NCBI GenBank assembly: GCA_044224215.1
Contig: JBGAKX010000002.1
Span: 10,759 to 74,758, forward strand
Direction: 5' to 3'
Source: Blastocatellia bacterium
Lineage (GTDB): Bacteria; Acidobacteriota; Blastocatellia; UBA7656; JADIYM01
DNA length: 64,000 bases
Shown in pieces: positions 19,236-28,348 of this stretch. Each line of letters opens with the position of its first letter. Position 1 is the stretch's first letter. The notes below the pieces were generated by a model. The model worked only from the letters and a program-made list of their open reading frames with translations. It ran no database searches and was not told where the DNA came from. The position numbers were made by a program, and so were the translations under genes.

Positions 19236-19290
19236 TGTTGATTGTGCGCGCCCGCCGAGTCAGCGCGTTGGGCGTCGCATTCAACCCCGA
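19236..19290 (+). repeat. simple attI-like site (right-half of repeat family) next to the recombinase start
   Basis: TTGATTGTGCGCGCCCGCCGAGTCAGCGCGTTGGGCGTC carries a GTTGGGC core. Only the right half of the attC-like family is present. It sits 145 bp from the recombinase ATG and 28 bp before the first + cassette. Confidence 0.45.
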
Positions 19291-19317
19291 AACTGCCGGT
19301 GCGAGAAGAGAGGCAAT

Positions 19318-19728
19318 TTGTTCGCAATCAAGGCCGACCTCCGCGATTCAAAGGCAAAGTCCTTTGTGTTTCGCGAGCAAAAGACGATGTACGGTGGCAA
19401 GGACATCGCCAAGGGTGACTTGGTCTTTGTCTTCGCGAGCGAAAACGAGGGCGGTCCGGGTCTGGTCGCACGTGGCGTCGTCACATCTGCCGTTGCGAGT
19501 CCTAAGATACCCGGGGGCATGCGGCAAACGCCTCGTGTGAGCATCACCATCCGACGCACCGCGCTCGCGAGGCGTCGCCTTGGACGGAATGAGCTCAAGG
19601 TGTTTTCCACCTGGAAGGATGGTCGACCCGAGACCGAGCTCAACTTCAAGTTCTATCGTCAAGCAACGAACAAGATTGTGGGAATCTCCGATGAAGCGGC
19701 AGCTTTCCTCCAGGGGTTCTTTTCGTAG
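19318..19728 (+). CDS. hypothetical protein, possibly PUA-like (EVE/ASCH-type) fold
   Basis: A TTG start has an AGAGAGG RBS. KGDLVFVFASENEGGPGLVARGVV is reminiscent of an EVE-like beta-barrel. The assignment is tentative. Confidence 0.4.
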   Translation: MFAIKADLRDSKAKSFVFREQKTMYGGKDIAKGDLVFVFASENEGGPGLVARGVVTSAVASPKIPGGMRQTPRVSITIRRTALARRRLGRNELKVFSTWKDGRPETELNFKFYRQATNKIVGISDEAAAFLQGFFS

Positions 19729-19794
19729 GGCCGACTATTGAATGGCCACGTTAGCGCTCCGTTTGTCCAGAATGATGGCGAATTGGCGGACGCG

Positions 19795-19822
19795 GCTGCG
19801 CGCGCGCGTCCGTTGACTCAGC
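19795..19822 (+). repeat. attC-like remnant (right-half)
   Basis: GCTGCGCGCGCGCGTCCGTTGACTCAGC. Confidence 0.35.
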
Positions 19823-19866
19823 TCGTCGCAGTGCCCAAACTGGGATGCGAGCATTGCGAGACCCTG

Positions 19867-20262
19867 ATGAACCGAAGCACAAGACTGCGCGTTGCCCGTC
19901 CTACGGACCGTCTCGACGAGGTCGTGCAGTTCTACGTCGCTGGTCTCGGTCTTTCCGTGTTGGGCTCATTCAATGATCACGATGGATTTGATGGTGTAAT
20001 GATCGGAGTTGCGAACGCGCCGTACCATCTTGAGTTCACTCGGCACCACTCGCACGAGGCCGGGCGCGCGCCGACCCAGGACAATCTGCTCGTGTTCTAT
20101 CTCCCCGACGAGCACGAATGGCAGGCCGCGGTCGACCGCATGGTCGCTGCCGGATACGCTCCCGTTCCCTCGTTCAATCCGTACTGGGATCTGAACGGAC
20201 GCACATTCGAGGATCCCGACGGCTACCGCGTGGTGCTTCAGAACGGTCCTTGGGCTGGATGA
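19867..20262 (+). CDS. VOC/glyoxalase family protein
   Basis: MNRSTRLRVARPTDRLDEVVQFYVAGLGL...FEDPDGYRVVLQ. An internal start was chosen downstream of the repeat remnant. Confidence 0.65.
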   Translation: MNRSTRLRVARPTDRLDEVVQFYVAGLGLSVLGSFNDHDGFDGVMIGVANAPYHLEFTRHHSHEAGRAPTQDNLLVFYLPDEHEWQAAVDRMVAAGYAPVPSFNPYWDLNGRTFEDPDGYRVVLQNGPWAG

Positions 20263-20457
20263 AACTACGGTCGATCAAACACGCCGATTCAGCCATCGGG
20301 ACAGTCGAACTCGCGCAGGCAGCGGAGCGCGCGCCAGCCAAATCGTGTCACGCCGATGCGCCGTTCTTCGCGTCGGAGTTGAATGTGCCGGTCCGAAACT
20401 TCGAGACCGCGAACAAGTAGTAGCATAAGCTCGTTCAACCGGCGTGGAGGCCCGACA

Positions 20458-21024
20458 ATGGCGAATACGAACTCTCGCGTAACGATACACATGGTGGCGA
20501 GCCTCGACGGCTTCATCGCGCGAAGCGACGGACGCGTGGACTGGCTCGAGACCTCAGACACATTCGAGGGCGGGGAGACCATGTCCCCGGAGTTCGTGGC
20601 AGAGTTCCTCAAGACGATCGACTGCTACGTGATGGGATCGCGAACCTATGAAACCGCGCTGGGGTTCGAGGCCAAGGGATTCGGGTGGTCTTACGGTGAC
20701 AAGCCAACCTTCGTCCTCACAAGTCGCGACCTGCCACGGACAAGGGATACCGTCGAGCTTTACTCGGGGGACCTTGCGCGACTGGTAAATGAACGATTGA
20801 AGCCAGTCTTCCGGAGCATCTGGTTTGTCGGAGGGGGTGCGGTCTCCGGTGAATGCCTTCGCCTCGGGCTCGCCGACGAGATTCGATATTCGATAGTGCC
20901 CGTCCTCATTGGCGATGGAATTTCATTCTTCGACGGGCTCGACAAGGACGTCGCCCTGCACCTTGTCGAGGCAAAGGCCTACAAGAATGGCATGGTGGCG
21001 CTTCGCCACGAGGTGCGGAAGTAG
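20458..21024 (+). CDS. dihydrofolate reductase-family protein (RibD_C)
   Basis: MANTNSRVTIHMVASLDGFIARSDG...GLADEIRYSIVPVLIGDGISFF. A GGAGG RBS precedes it. Confidence 0.75.
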   Translation: MANTNSRVTIHMVASLDGFIARSDGRVDWLETSDTFEGGETMSPEFVAEFLKTIDCYVMGSRTYETALGFEAKGFGWSYGDKPTFVLTSRDLPRTRDTVELYSGDLARLVNERLKPVFRSIWFVGGGAVSGECLRLGLADEIRYSIVPVLIGDGISFFDGLDKDVALHLVEAKAYKNGMVALRHEVRK

Positions 21025-21062
21025 TCCGGGCCGATAGGGTTATGTGCCCCAAAGGAGATCCC

Positions 21063-21623
21063 GTGTCCGAGTCCGAGCTCTTCTGCCCGAAGTGCGGCTC
21101 CGAAAGCACCGGCGACATCCGGTATTGTCGGCGATGCGGTACGAACCTCGAGGTCGTCACGAAGGCGATGTTGGTTCCCGCTCTCGCCGACGACGAGCTG
21201 GCGCGAGCGCAACGGGCCTTCAGGATGCGGCTCGTACGCGGACTCGGTCTTCTCGTGCTCGCGGCCGGCAGCGGAAAGGCGCTCGTCGGCCTCATCATTG
21301 CTGCTCTCGCTTTTGCGACCGGGCCCCTCTCGCTCTGGGCGGTGCTTGGCCTCATCCTGTTCGGCTTTGTCCCTGCCGGCTTCGGGGCCTTTGCGGTTCG
21401 CGATCTGCTTCACGCCTACGAGCTGAAGAAGGATCCGCGTGGCGCGCTTTCGTCGTTGCCAAGTCGACAGGCTCTCGAGCTGGCCGGAGCCGAAACACGC
21501 GCGTTGGACGCGTCGCGGCTGGAGTACCTCGAGCCGCCAGCGAGCGTCGCCGAGAATACGACCCGATCGCTCGACAGCTCGACGGACGGGGAGAGAAACG
21601 TGCGGCGGTCCGAGCTCGAATAA
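21063..21623 (+). CDS. zinc-ribbon domain membrane protein
   Basis: An AAGGAG RBS lies 5 nt before a GTG. The N-terminal zinc ribbon is CPKCGSE...YCRRCG. Two hydrophobic helices follow. Confidence 0.55.
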   Translation: MSESELFCPKCGSESTGDIRYCRRCGTNLEVVTKAMLVPALADDELARAQRAFRMRLVRGLGLLVLAAGSGKALVGLIIAALAFATGPLSLWAVLGLILFGFVPAGFGAFAVRDLLHAYELKKDPRGALSSLPSRQALELAGAETRALDASRLEYLEPPASVAENTTRSLDSSTDGERNVRRSELE

Positions 21624-21806
21624 GCACAGCGTCGCACACAGGGACTTCGACTCGCCGCGCTGCTTCAACGTGCTCTGGATCTCCGTTGCGCCGAGGCGTG
21701 GGTTCTCACCAATCGGCAGAACGCACCTGCAATGCGGTTGTACGCTTCGCTCGGCGGGAAAGAGGGACCCTCCGGCGATGTGATGTTCACCTTCAAACTG
21801 CCATAA
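21624..21806 (+). pseudogene. GNAT acetyltransferase C-terminal remnant (about 45 codons, no start)
   Basis: ...LAALLQRALDLRCAEAWVLTNRQNAPAMRLYASLGGKEGPSGDVMFTFKLP* continues in frame immediately after the TAA of the upstream gene. This is a typical GNAT C-terminus with no N-terminal half. Confidence 0.4.
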
Positions 21807-21935
21807 CATTGTGTTATCTGTCTGGCCGCTGAACAAGCGCGTTCGGCCCCAGCCGGACAAGGCCCGCTGCAAGGCCCCCGCCGCAGAGGATTCGTGACCT
21901 GAAAGCGCGTGCAGGCGCAGCTTTTGGAGCAAATC

Positions 21936-22637
21936 ATGGCCAAGACAACGACGTTCCATGGCGACGTCTCACGACGAGACTTCCTGGTGGCTGGTGCTCT
22001 GGCGACCGGTCTGTACGGCTCACCCGCGTCCGCGCAGCCTTGTGCGGCGCCAACGTCGAGATTAGCGCGAGGATCAACGATGGATCTCGAACGCTTCGTC
22101 GATGACTGCATTGCCGCGAACAAGGAAGCTGAATCGCAAACGGCGGTCCTCGAAGTGCTTGCTCGCGCCGTGCGCGATTCGGCGGCAGTAAGCGCGGCCG
22201 TTGGCGAACCACGGGAAGCGGGGTTGCGCGTCCTTCATCGATCGACGACGTTGACCATCTTCTGTGCAACGTGGACGCCCCGAATGAGCCTGATGCCGCA
22301 CAATCACCTGATGTGGGCCAATATCGGAATCTACACCGGCCGCGAGGACAACATCCTGTGGCGAAGGGGCTCTGGGCGTATCGACGCATTCGGCGCCAAG
22401 GCGCTCTTTCGCGGTGACGCCGTCGCCCTGCCCGCGGACGTGATTCACTCGGTAACGAACCCGCTCGTGCGATTCACAGGTGGTATCCACATCTATGGCG
22501 GCGACTTCTTTGCAACACCTCGCAGGCAATGGGATCCGGAAACCATGGTCGAAGAGCCGTCCAACGGTGACGTGATTCGCGCCTTATTCAACCGTGAGAA
22601 CGAACTCCTGCGGCGTTGCGGCCAGGGGTCTGACTAA
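21936..22637 (+). CDS. Tat-signal cupin-like protein (cysteine-dioxygenase-like double-stranded beta helix)
   Basis: The twin-arginine motif is SRRDFLVAGALATGLYGSPASAQ. ...LMPHNHLMWANIGIYTGRE...GGIHIYGG is cupin-like. A GGAG RBS precedes it. Confidence 0.5.
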   Translation: MAKTTTFHGDVSRRDFLVAGALATGLYGSPASAQPCAAPTSRLARGSTMDLERFVDDCIAANKEAESQTAVLEVLARAVRDSAAVSAAVGEPREAGLRVLHRSTTLTIFCATWTPRMSLMPHNHLMWANIGIYTGREDNILWRRGSGRIDAFGAKALFRGDAVALPADVIHSVTNPLVRFTGGIHIYGGDFFATPRRQWDPETMVEEPSNGDVIRALFNRENELLRRCGQGSD

Positions 22638-22656
22638 CGGCCGCCGGAGGATCCGC

Positions 22657-23046
22657 ATGAGGCGCACCTGGACGATCATTGGGGTTTCCGACGTGCAAGG
22701 CAGCGTTGCATGGTACCAGTCGCTGCTTGGACTGCCGCAGACGGCTCCCGCCCATGACTACTTCGGGCAGATTCTCGACTCGGACGGAACGGTATTGCTC
22801 TGCCTGCATGAATGGGGTGCTCACGAGCATCCCACCTTGATGAGCCCCGAGCACGCCCAGCCAGGCAACGGCCTCCTGTTGTTCCTTCGTGTCGATGATT
22901 TCGATTCAGCGCTGCCAAGGGCCCGGGCTCTTGTGACTCGCCTCGAAGAGGAGCCCCATGTAAACCCGAGCACTGGAACATCGGAGTTTTCACTCCGGGA
23001 TCCAGACGGGTACTACGTCACGATCAGTGCGCTCACTCCGGCATGA
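22657..23046 (+). CDS. VOC/glyoxalase family protein
   Basis: MRRTWTIIGVSDVQGSVAWYQSLLGL...FSLRDPDGYYVTI. A GGAGG RBS precedes it. Confidence 0.7.
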   Translation: MRRTWTIIGVSDVQGSVAWYQSLLGLPQTAPAHDYFGQILDSDGTVLLCLHEWGAHEHPTLMSPEHAQPGNGLLLFLRVDDFDSALPRARALVTRLEEEPHVNPSTGTSEFSLRDPDGYYVTISALTPA

Positions 23047-23059
23047 CAAGCAATTGTGT

Positions 23060-23110
23060 CGGAGTACACACAGCGAGGGTTGATCGGATCAGGTCCCGAC
23101 ACGATTCGTA
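23060..23110 (+). repeat. attC-like remnant (left half)
   Basis: GGAGTACACACAGCGAGGGTTGATCGGATCAGG. Confidence 0.35.
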
Positions 23111-23115
23111 ACGTC

Positions 23116-23460
23116 ATGGCCAACTGGTACTCAAGGCCGGTCTTCTTTGTCACTGACGCGCGCGCGTCGATGGATTTCTACCGTGACAAGCTGGGCTTTT
23201 CACTCGACTGGAACTATGAGGAAGACGGCCGCCCTTACGTGTGCCAGGTAAGTCGGTTTGGCTTCGAGCTCATTCTCGCCGTTGATTCGTCGAAGGCCGG
23301 TAACGGAAGGGTGTTCATATCGCTCGACGCCGCACAAACGACTGCGCTGCGCGGCGACTTCGAGCGGAACTGCGTTGACGCACGCGATGCTCGCTGGGGA
23401 ATGCCAATTATCGAAGTCCTGGATCCAGACCGAAACGAACTGTATTTCTCGCCACCCTGA
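23116..23460 (+). CDS. VOC/glyoxalase family protein
   Basis: MANWYSRPVFFVTDARASMDFYRDKLGF...IIEVLDPDRNELYF. Confidence 0.65.
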   Translation: MANWYSRPVFFVTDARASMDFYRDKLGFSLDWNYEEDGRPYVCQVSRFGFELILAVDSSKAGNGRVFISLDAAQTTALRGDFERNCVDARDARWGMPIIEVLDPDRNELYFSPP

Positions 23461-23569
23461 TGGGGTGCAGGGGTCCCCTGACTCGAGGACTCGCTCGACC
23501 GTGCGCGGATCGTTGCCAAGTCGAGTAAGCTGGACACGTTGAATCGTTCGAACGATTCCGGAGGTTTGC

Positions 23570-24013
23570 ATGAAGAAGGCGAGCTGGATTCTCCTCACCG
23601 TCCTCGGCGTCGCGATCACGTTGTTGAGCCTGGTCTCGGCTTTCCACGCGTACCGGACCGGGGACGACTTTGGCATCGGGTCGGCGAGGGTGTCGACCAT
23701 CGCCGGTGGCGATGCCGGCCTTGCGACCGCGCTGCGCGCGATCCGGGGCACATCCGCCTCGTTCGGTGCGGCATACGGCGTCCTGTTCCTGGCCGTCGTG
23801 CTCGGACCGTACCGGCGCGGCGAAGTCTGGGCCTGGAATGCGCTGCTCATCGCCGGACTCACCCAGTGTGTGCTCGTCCTGTTGCGCATCCCGATCCTCG
23901 GCACGCAGCTTGGCGTCTCGGCAGCCCTGATTTCGATCGGCGTGCTGGCCGTGGGGCTCGTTCTGGACGTCGGCCGAGTCACTGGGTCGGACGGCCGTCG
24001 AACAAGCGGCTGA
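23570..24013 (+). CDS. multi-pass membrane protein, unknown function
   Basis: A GGAGG RBS precedes it. GC3 is high and there are four hydrophobic helices. Confidence 0.5.
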   Translation: MKKASWILLTVLGVAITLLSLVSAFHAYRTGDDFGIGSARVSTIAGGDAGLATALRAIRGTSASFGAAYGVLFLAVVLGPYRRGEVWAWNALLIAGLTQCVLVLLRIPILGTQLGVSAALISIGVLAVGLVLDVGRVTGSDGRRTSG

Positions 24014-24074
24014 AGCTCGCGGCGACTCGCGGCCGTTCGTCGCGATTCGACTGTGCACGAAAGGAGCGAGAGGC

Positions 24075-24620
24075 ATGAAGGCACAACAGCGTGAAGAGCT
24101 GCTCACAGTACTGAAAGCCCGGTTTGAGAAGAACATGAGCCGCCATAAGGGTCTGGAGTGGGTGAACGTCCACGCAAGGCTGAAGGCGAACGCCGAAAAG
24201 CTGAGGTCGCTCAGCGAAATGGAGAGAACCGGCGGTGAGCCGGATGTCGTTGGTTACGACAAGAAGACAGGTGAGTACATTTTTTATGATTGCTCGGCGG
24301 AGACCCCCAAGGGCCGCAGAAGTGTTTGTTATGACCGTGAAGCGCTGGATTCGAGGAAGGAGTTCAAGCCGAGTGACTCGGCCATCGATATGGCAGTTGC
24401 CATGGGCGTCGAGATTTTGACGGAGGATCAATATCGAGAGATGCAGAAGCTTGGCAAGTTCGATACGAAAACGTCGAGCTGGCTGAAGACGCCTCCTGAA
24501 ATTCGAAAGTTGGGTGGCGCGATCTATGGCGATCGTCGCTACGATCACGTCTTCGTCAGTCACAACGGTGCGTCCTCGTACTATGCCGTCAGGGGGTTTC
24601 GCGGCTCGCTGAGGGTTTGA
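24075..24620 (+). CDS. DUF4256-like protein
   Basis: LKARFEKNMSRHKGLEWVNV...GGEPDVVGYDKKTGEYIFYDCSAE...KTSSWLKTP...YAVRGFRGSLRV. An AAAGGAG RBS precedes it. GC is lower here. Confidence 0.6.
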   Translation: MKAQQREELLTVLKARFEKNMSRHKGLEWVNVHARLKANAEKLRSLSEMERTGGEPDVVGYDKKTGEYIFYDCSAETPKGRRSVCYDREALDSRKEFKPSDSAIDMAVAMGVEILTEDQYREMQKLGKFDTKTSSWLKTPPEIRKLGGAIYGDRRYDHVFVSHNGASSYYAVRGFRGSLRV

Positions 24621-24673
24621 ACGCGTTGCTCATCCCGGGAACTCGTTACGCTCTGCGGACGAATGCACGAGGC

Positions 24674-25210
24674 ATGTTCATGACGTTTCATACGATCCGC
24701 GAGGCGCGTCAGGGCGAGGCCGAGGCAGTATGCACCGTCCTCGAGCAATCGTTCCGCGAGTACGTCGGAATCCTCGATCCGCCGTCCGGGGTATTTGCGG
24801 AGACGGTCGCGTCGCTTGCCGACCGAATCGCCCGGAACGAAATCCTCGTGTGCGATGTTGCCGGCGAACTGGTTGGCTGCGCCTTCTGCACTCCGGACGA
24901 CTCGTTCCTGTATGTCGGGCGCTTCGGAGTGCTCCCTGAATGGCGCCAATCGGGCGTGGGATCGCTTCTGCTCGCCGCGGCGGAGAATCGCGCTCGCGCA
25001 CTCGGGTACCGTCACGCACGGCTCAACGTCCGTGCAAGCCTGCGCGATTTGCAGCAATACTACGAGCGCCGTGGATACCGTCCCGTCGAATTCCTGTCTC
25101 ACGAGGGCTACGCCGGACCAACGTACATGCAAATGGAGAAGGTGCTCGATGAGCAGATCTCCAATCGATCGATCGGACAGGATTCCGAGGGCAAGAGCCG
25201 TTGCCCTTGA
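24674..25210 (+). CDS. GNAT family N-acetyltransferase
   Basis: VGRFGVLPEWRQSGVGSLLL is the acetyl-CoA binding motif. Confidence 0.7.
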   Translation: MFMTFHTIREARQGEAEAVCTVLEQSFREYVGILDPPSGVFAETVASLADRIARNEILVCDVAGELVGCAFCTPDDSFLYVGRFGVLPEWRQSGVGSLLLAAAENRARALGYRHARLNVRASLRDLQQYYERRGYRPVEFLSHEGYAGPTYMQMEKVLDEQISNRSIGQDSEGKSRCP

Positions 25211-25279
25211 CGTTTGACGCCGGCGGGCACATCTTCGCGTGCAGCGATTCACACACGCCGCACAAGGAGACGAGCGACA

Positions 25280-25513
25280 ATGCAATACGCTCCCTGCCCG
25301 AATTGCCAGGACACAAATGCGACCCAGGTCAGCTTTACCTGGTGGGGTGGATTGGTCGGACCAAGGATGCTGTCGCACGTGAAGTGCTCGCGATGTGCGA
25401 CGGCCTACAACGGAAAGACGGGCAAGTCCAACACGATGGGTATCGCGTTGTACGTGGGCGTGAGCGTCGCGCTTCTCGTACTGATCGGCCTTAGCTACGC
25501 GTTGCAACGATAG
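25280..25513 (+). CDS. small zinc-ribbon protein with C-terminal TM helix
   Basis: An AAGGAG RBS precedes it. CPNCQD...CSRCAT is followed by GIALYVGVSVALLVLIGL. Confidence 0.45.
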   Translation: MQYAPCPNCQDTNATQVSFTWWGGLVGPRMLSHVKCSRCATAYNGKTGKSNTMGIALYVGVSVALLVLIGLSYALQR

Positions 25514-25740
25514 CCGCCAGTGTGACTCGCATGCCGATGCTGCATGCATTCGCGACGGCACTTCGACGAGCGCGCAACTCCCTCCAACGAAGCGATCCGA
25601 ACTACACTGGAATTTGACGCGGCGGCCGAACGAGGCATTGCGGCGAAGTGCGCACGAGTTGATTCAGCCTCGTCGGCCTCCAGCTCGCCGGCCGTAAGAA
25701 CCTCATTGCCAATCACGTGTCTGGAGCATCAGGAGAAACC

Positions 25741-26331
25741 ATGACGGAGATTCGACCCACAAAGTTCGCCCACGTCGTGTACCGCACGCGCCGCTTCGAC
25801 CAGATGCTGCACTGGTACCGGGTCGTTTTCGGGGCCCGAGTCCAGTATCAGAATCCGGGCCTGGCGTTCCTGACCTATGACGACGAACACCACCGGTTCG
25901 CATTTGCCAACATGGCGGTCTTTCAGCCTGACGGCGTCGACACCGAACGCCGGGGTGCGATCGGCGTCGACCACGTCGCGTATACCTACGCGTCTCTGCG
26001 CGATCTGCTGGAGAATTACGCACGACTCAAGGAGGAGGGGATCTGTCCGTACTGGTGCGTGCATCACGGGATCACCGCGTCGCTATACTATGCCGACCCC
26101 GACGGCAACCAGATGGAGTTTCAGGTGGACAGCTTTACGTCCAGCGAGGAGGCGAACGCATTCATCCATGCGCACTGGGACGCCAATCCACTAGGCGTCG
26201 AATTCGAACCCGACGAGTGGCTTGTCCGAATGCGCGCCGGGGCTCCCGAGTCGGAATTTCTCGTGCGCCGGGTTCACAAACCCGTGTCTCCGTTGCGCGG
26301 CGAGATCGCAGCGTTGTTGTCGGCGACGTAG
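25741..26331 (+). CDS. VOC family protein (extradiol dioxygenase/glyoxalase fold)
   Basis: MTEIRPTKFAHVVYRTRRFDQMLHWYRVVFGA...DHVAYTYASLRDL. An AGGAG RBS precedes it. Confidence 0.65.
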   Translation: MTEIRPTKFAHVVYRTRRFDQMLHWYRVVFGARVQYQNPGLAFLTYDDEHHRFAFANMAVFQPDGVDTERRGAIGVDHVAYTYASLRDLLENYARLKEEGICPYWCVHHGITASLYYADPDGNQMEFQVDSFTSSEEANAFIHAHWDANPLGVEFEPDEWLVRMRAGAPESEFLVRRVHKPVSPLRGEIAALLSAT

Positions 26332-26374
26332 CGGCGGACAGCGCGGCCACGTTGCACACGCGGGAGCGGCGAGA

Positions 26375-26779
26375 ATGACGATCGAAAACAACAAGCAGGT
26401 GGTCACAGAGTTCTTTGCACGGTTCAGTGCGGGGAACCTGGCCGGCGCGCTCGAGTTGCTTGGCGACGACGCAACGTGGTGGATCGCTGGCGAGCTCGAA
26501 GGTGGCTTCGCGGTCGGTGAACACACGAAGGAGCAGATCGCTCAACTGCTCCGGGGCATGGGGCGACAACTTGCGAACGGTCTTCGCATGACGGTGCATG
26601 GCCTGGTGGCGGAAGGCGAGAAGGTGGCGGCAGAGGTCTCCTCGTACGGCGAGCTGCGCAACGGGAAGATCTACCGCAACCAGTACCACTTCGTGCTGAC
26701 GGTACGTGGTGGCAGAATCACTGCCGTCCGTGAGTACCTGGATACGAAGCACGTTGAGGCGACCTGGGCACGCACATAG
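26375..26779 (+). CDS. SnoaL-like (NTF2-fold) protein
   Basis: NKQVVTEFFARFSAGNLAGALELLGDDATWW...RITAVREYLDT. Confidence 0.65.
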   Translation: MTIENNKQVVTEFFARFSAGNLAGALELLGDDATWWIAGELEGGFAVGEHTKEQIAQLLRGMGRQLANGLRMTVHGLVAEGEKVAAEVSSYGELRNGKIYRNQYHFVLTVRGGRITAVREYLDTKHVEATWART

Positions 26780-26847
26780 CCGCATCCGCTGATGGAGAGC
26801 GTCCGCCCTCCACCACGATCCAGGCGCTATACGTCGAGGAGACAGGC

Positions 26848-28329
26848 ATGGCCCAGTCCCGCCGAGACTTCTTGTACAACTCCGCCCGCGCGAGTGCCGT
26901 TGCGCTCGCCAGTAGCACAGTGCTTTGGCGTATCGCACCTGCTCGAGCCCAAAGCGAACCAGGGAAGGATCTCGCAAAGATGACCATCGTCGAGCTCTCG
27001 AATCTTCTCGCCGGTCGGAAAATCACGAGCCGCCAGCTCGTCGAACAGTCGCTCGCGGCAATCGAAAACCCGGATGGCGAGGGCGCGCGAACGTTCCTCG
27101 TCGTCCATCGCAGCGAAGCGCTGGCGGCCGCAGACCGCGTGGACGCCTTGCGGCGCGACGGCGCGAAGCTCCCCGCTCTCGCCGGCATCCCTATTTCCAT
27201 CAAGGACCTGTTCGACGAGGCCGGTGTCGTCACGCTCGGCGGCTCGACGGTGCTGGTGGGCACGCCGCCCGCGAAACGCGACTCGGCCGTCGTCGAGCGA
27301 TTGAGAGGATCCGATGCCGTGATCATCGGCCGCACGAACCTCACCGAGTTCGCGTACTCTGGGCTCGGCATCAATCCGCACTACGGCACGCCGAGAAACG
27401 TCTACGACCGCACCACGGGACGCATCCCCGGCGGCTCGTCCTCCGGCGCGGCGATTTCGGTTGCCGATGGCATGGCGGCGGGAGCGATCGGCACCGATAC
27501 GGGCGGGTCGGTTCGCATTCCGGCCGCGCTGAACGGTCTGGTCGGCTTCAAACCCACCGCGCGGCGGGTCCCGCTCGACGGTGTCCTGCCGCTGTCCTTC
27601 TCGCTCGATTCGGCGGGACCGATTGCAAAGTCGGTTGCCGACTGCGCGTTGCTGGATCAGGTGCTCGCAGCCGGGAGCGATGGTGTACCACAGCCCGCCG
27701 TGTTGAGCAGCTTGCGACTGGCGGTTCCAAGGTCGGTATTCCAGGATGACCTGTCTCCAGCAGTCGCTACCGCGTTTGCCGAGGCGCTGGGACGCCTGTC
27801 GGCAGCCGGCGCTACCGTCGTTGAACTGCCCATGAACGATTTCGCGCAGGCTGCTTCACTGAACTTGCGTGGCGTGCTGACCACCGCCGAAGCCTATTCG
27901 TGGCACCGGCGATGGATGAAGGACGGAGCCGACAAGTATGACCCGCGGGTCATCATGCGCATTCGACCGGGCGAGACGATCATCGCCGCGGACTACATCG
28001 AAGCACTGCAGTCACGCCAGCGCTTCATCCGAACGATCAACGAGGCTGCGAGCGGCTATGACGCAATGCTGATGCCGACCACTCCCGACACGGCGCCGAC
28101 GATCGCCGAAACCAGTGCGGACGATGCAAGTTATCTTCGACTCAACGGGCGCATGCTGCGCAACACGTCGCTCGTCAATGTCTTTGACGGTTGCGCCCTC
28201 ACGGTTCCCTGCCACGACCCCGGCGCGGCACCGGTCGGGTTGATGATTTCCGGTACGCAGAACACCGACCGCAGAATCCTCGCGATCGGTCTCGCGGTCG
28301 AGGCGGTCGTCACGAACCGGCACCCGTGA
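26848..28329 (+). CDS. amidase-signature family amidase with Tat signal peptide
   Basis: SRRDFLYNSARASAVALA is the twin-arginine signal. GGSSSGAAISVADGMAAGAIGTDTGGSVRIPAA is the AS-family signature. Confidence 0.85.
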   Translation: MAQSRRDFLYNSARASAVALASSTVLWRIAPARAQSEPGKDLAKMTIVELSNLLAGRKITSRQLVEQSLAAIENPDGEGARTFLVVHRSEALAAADRVDALRRDGAKLPALAGIPISIKDLFDEAGVVTLGGSTVLVGTPPAKRDSAVVERLRGSDAVIIGRTNLTEFAYSGLGINPHYGTPRNVYDRTTGRIPGGSSSGAAISVADGMAAGAIGTDTGGSVRIPAALNGLVGFKPTARRVPLDGVLPLSFSLDSAGPIAKSVADCALLDQVLAAGSDGVPQPAVLSSLRLAVPRSVFQDDLSPAVATAFAEALGRLSAAGATVVELPMNDFAQAASLNLRGVLTTAEAYSWHRRWMKDGADKYDPRVIMRIRPGETIIAADYIEALQSRQRFIRTINEAASGYDAMLMPTTPDTAPTIAETSADDASYLRLNGRMLRNTSLVNVFDGCALTVPCHDPGAAPVGLMISGTQNTDRRILAIGLAVEAVVTNRHP

Positions 28330-28348
28330 ATTCCGAGAGGGAGCGACA

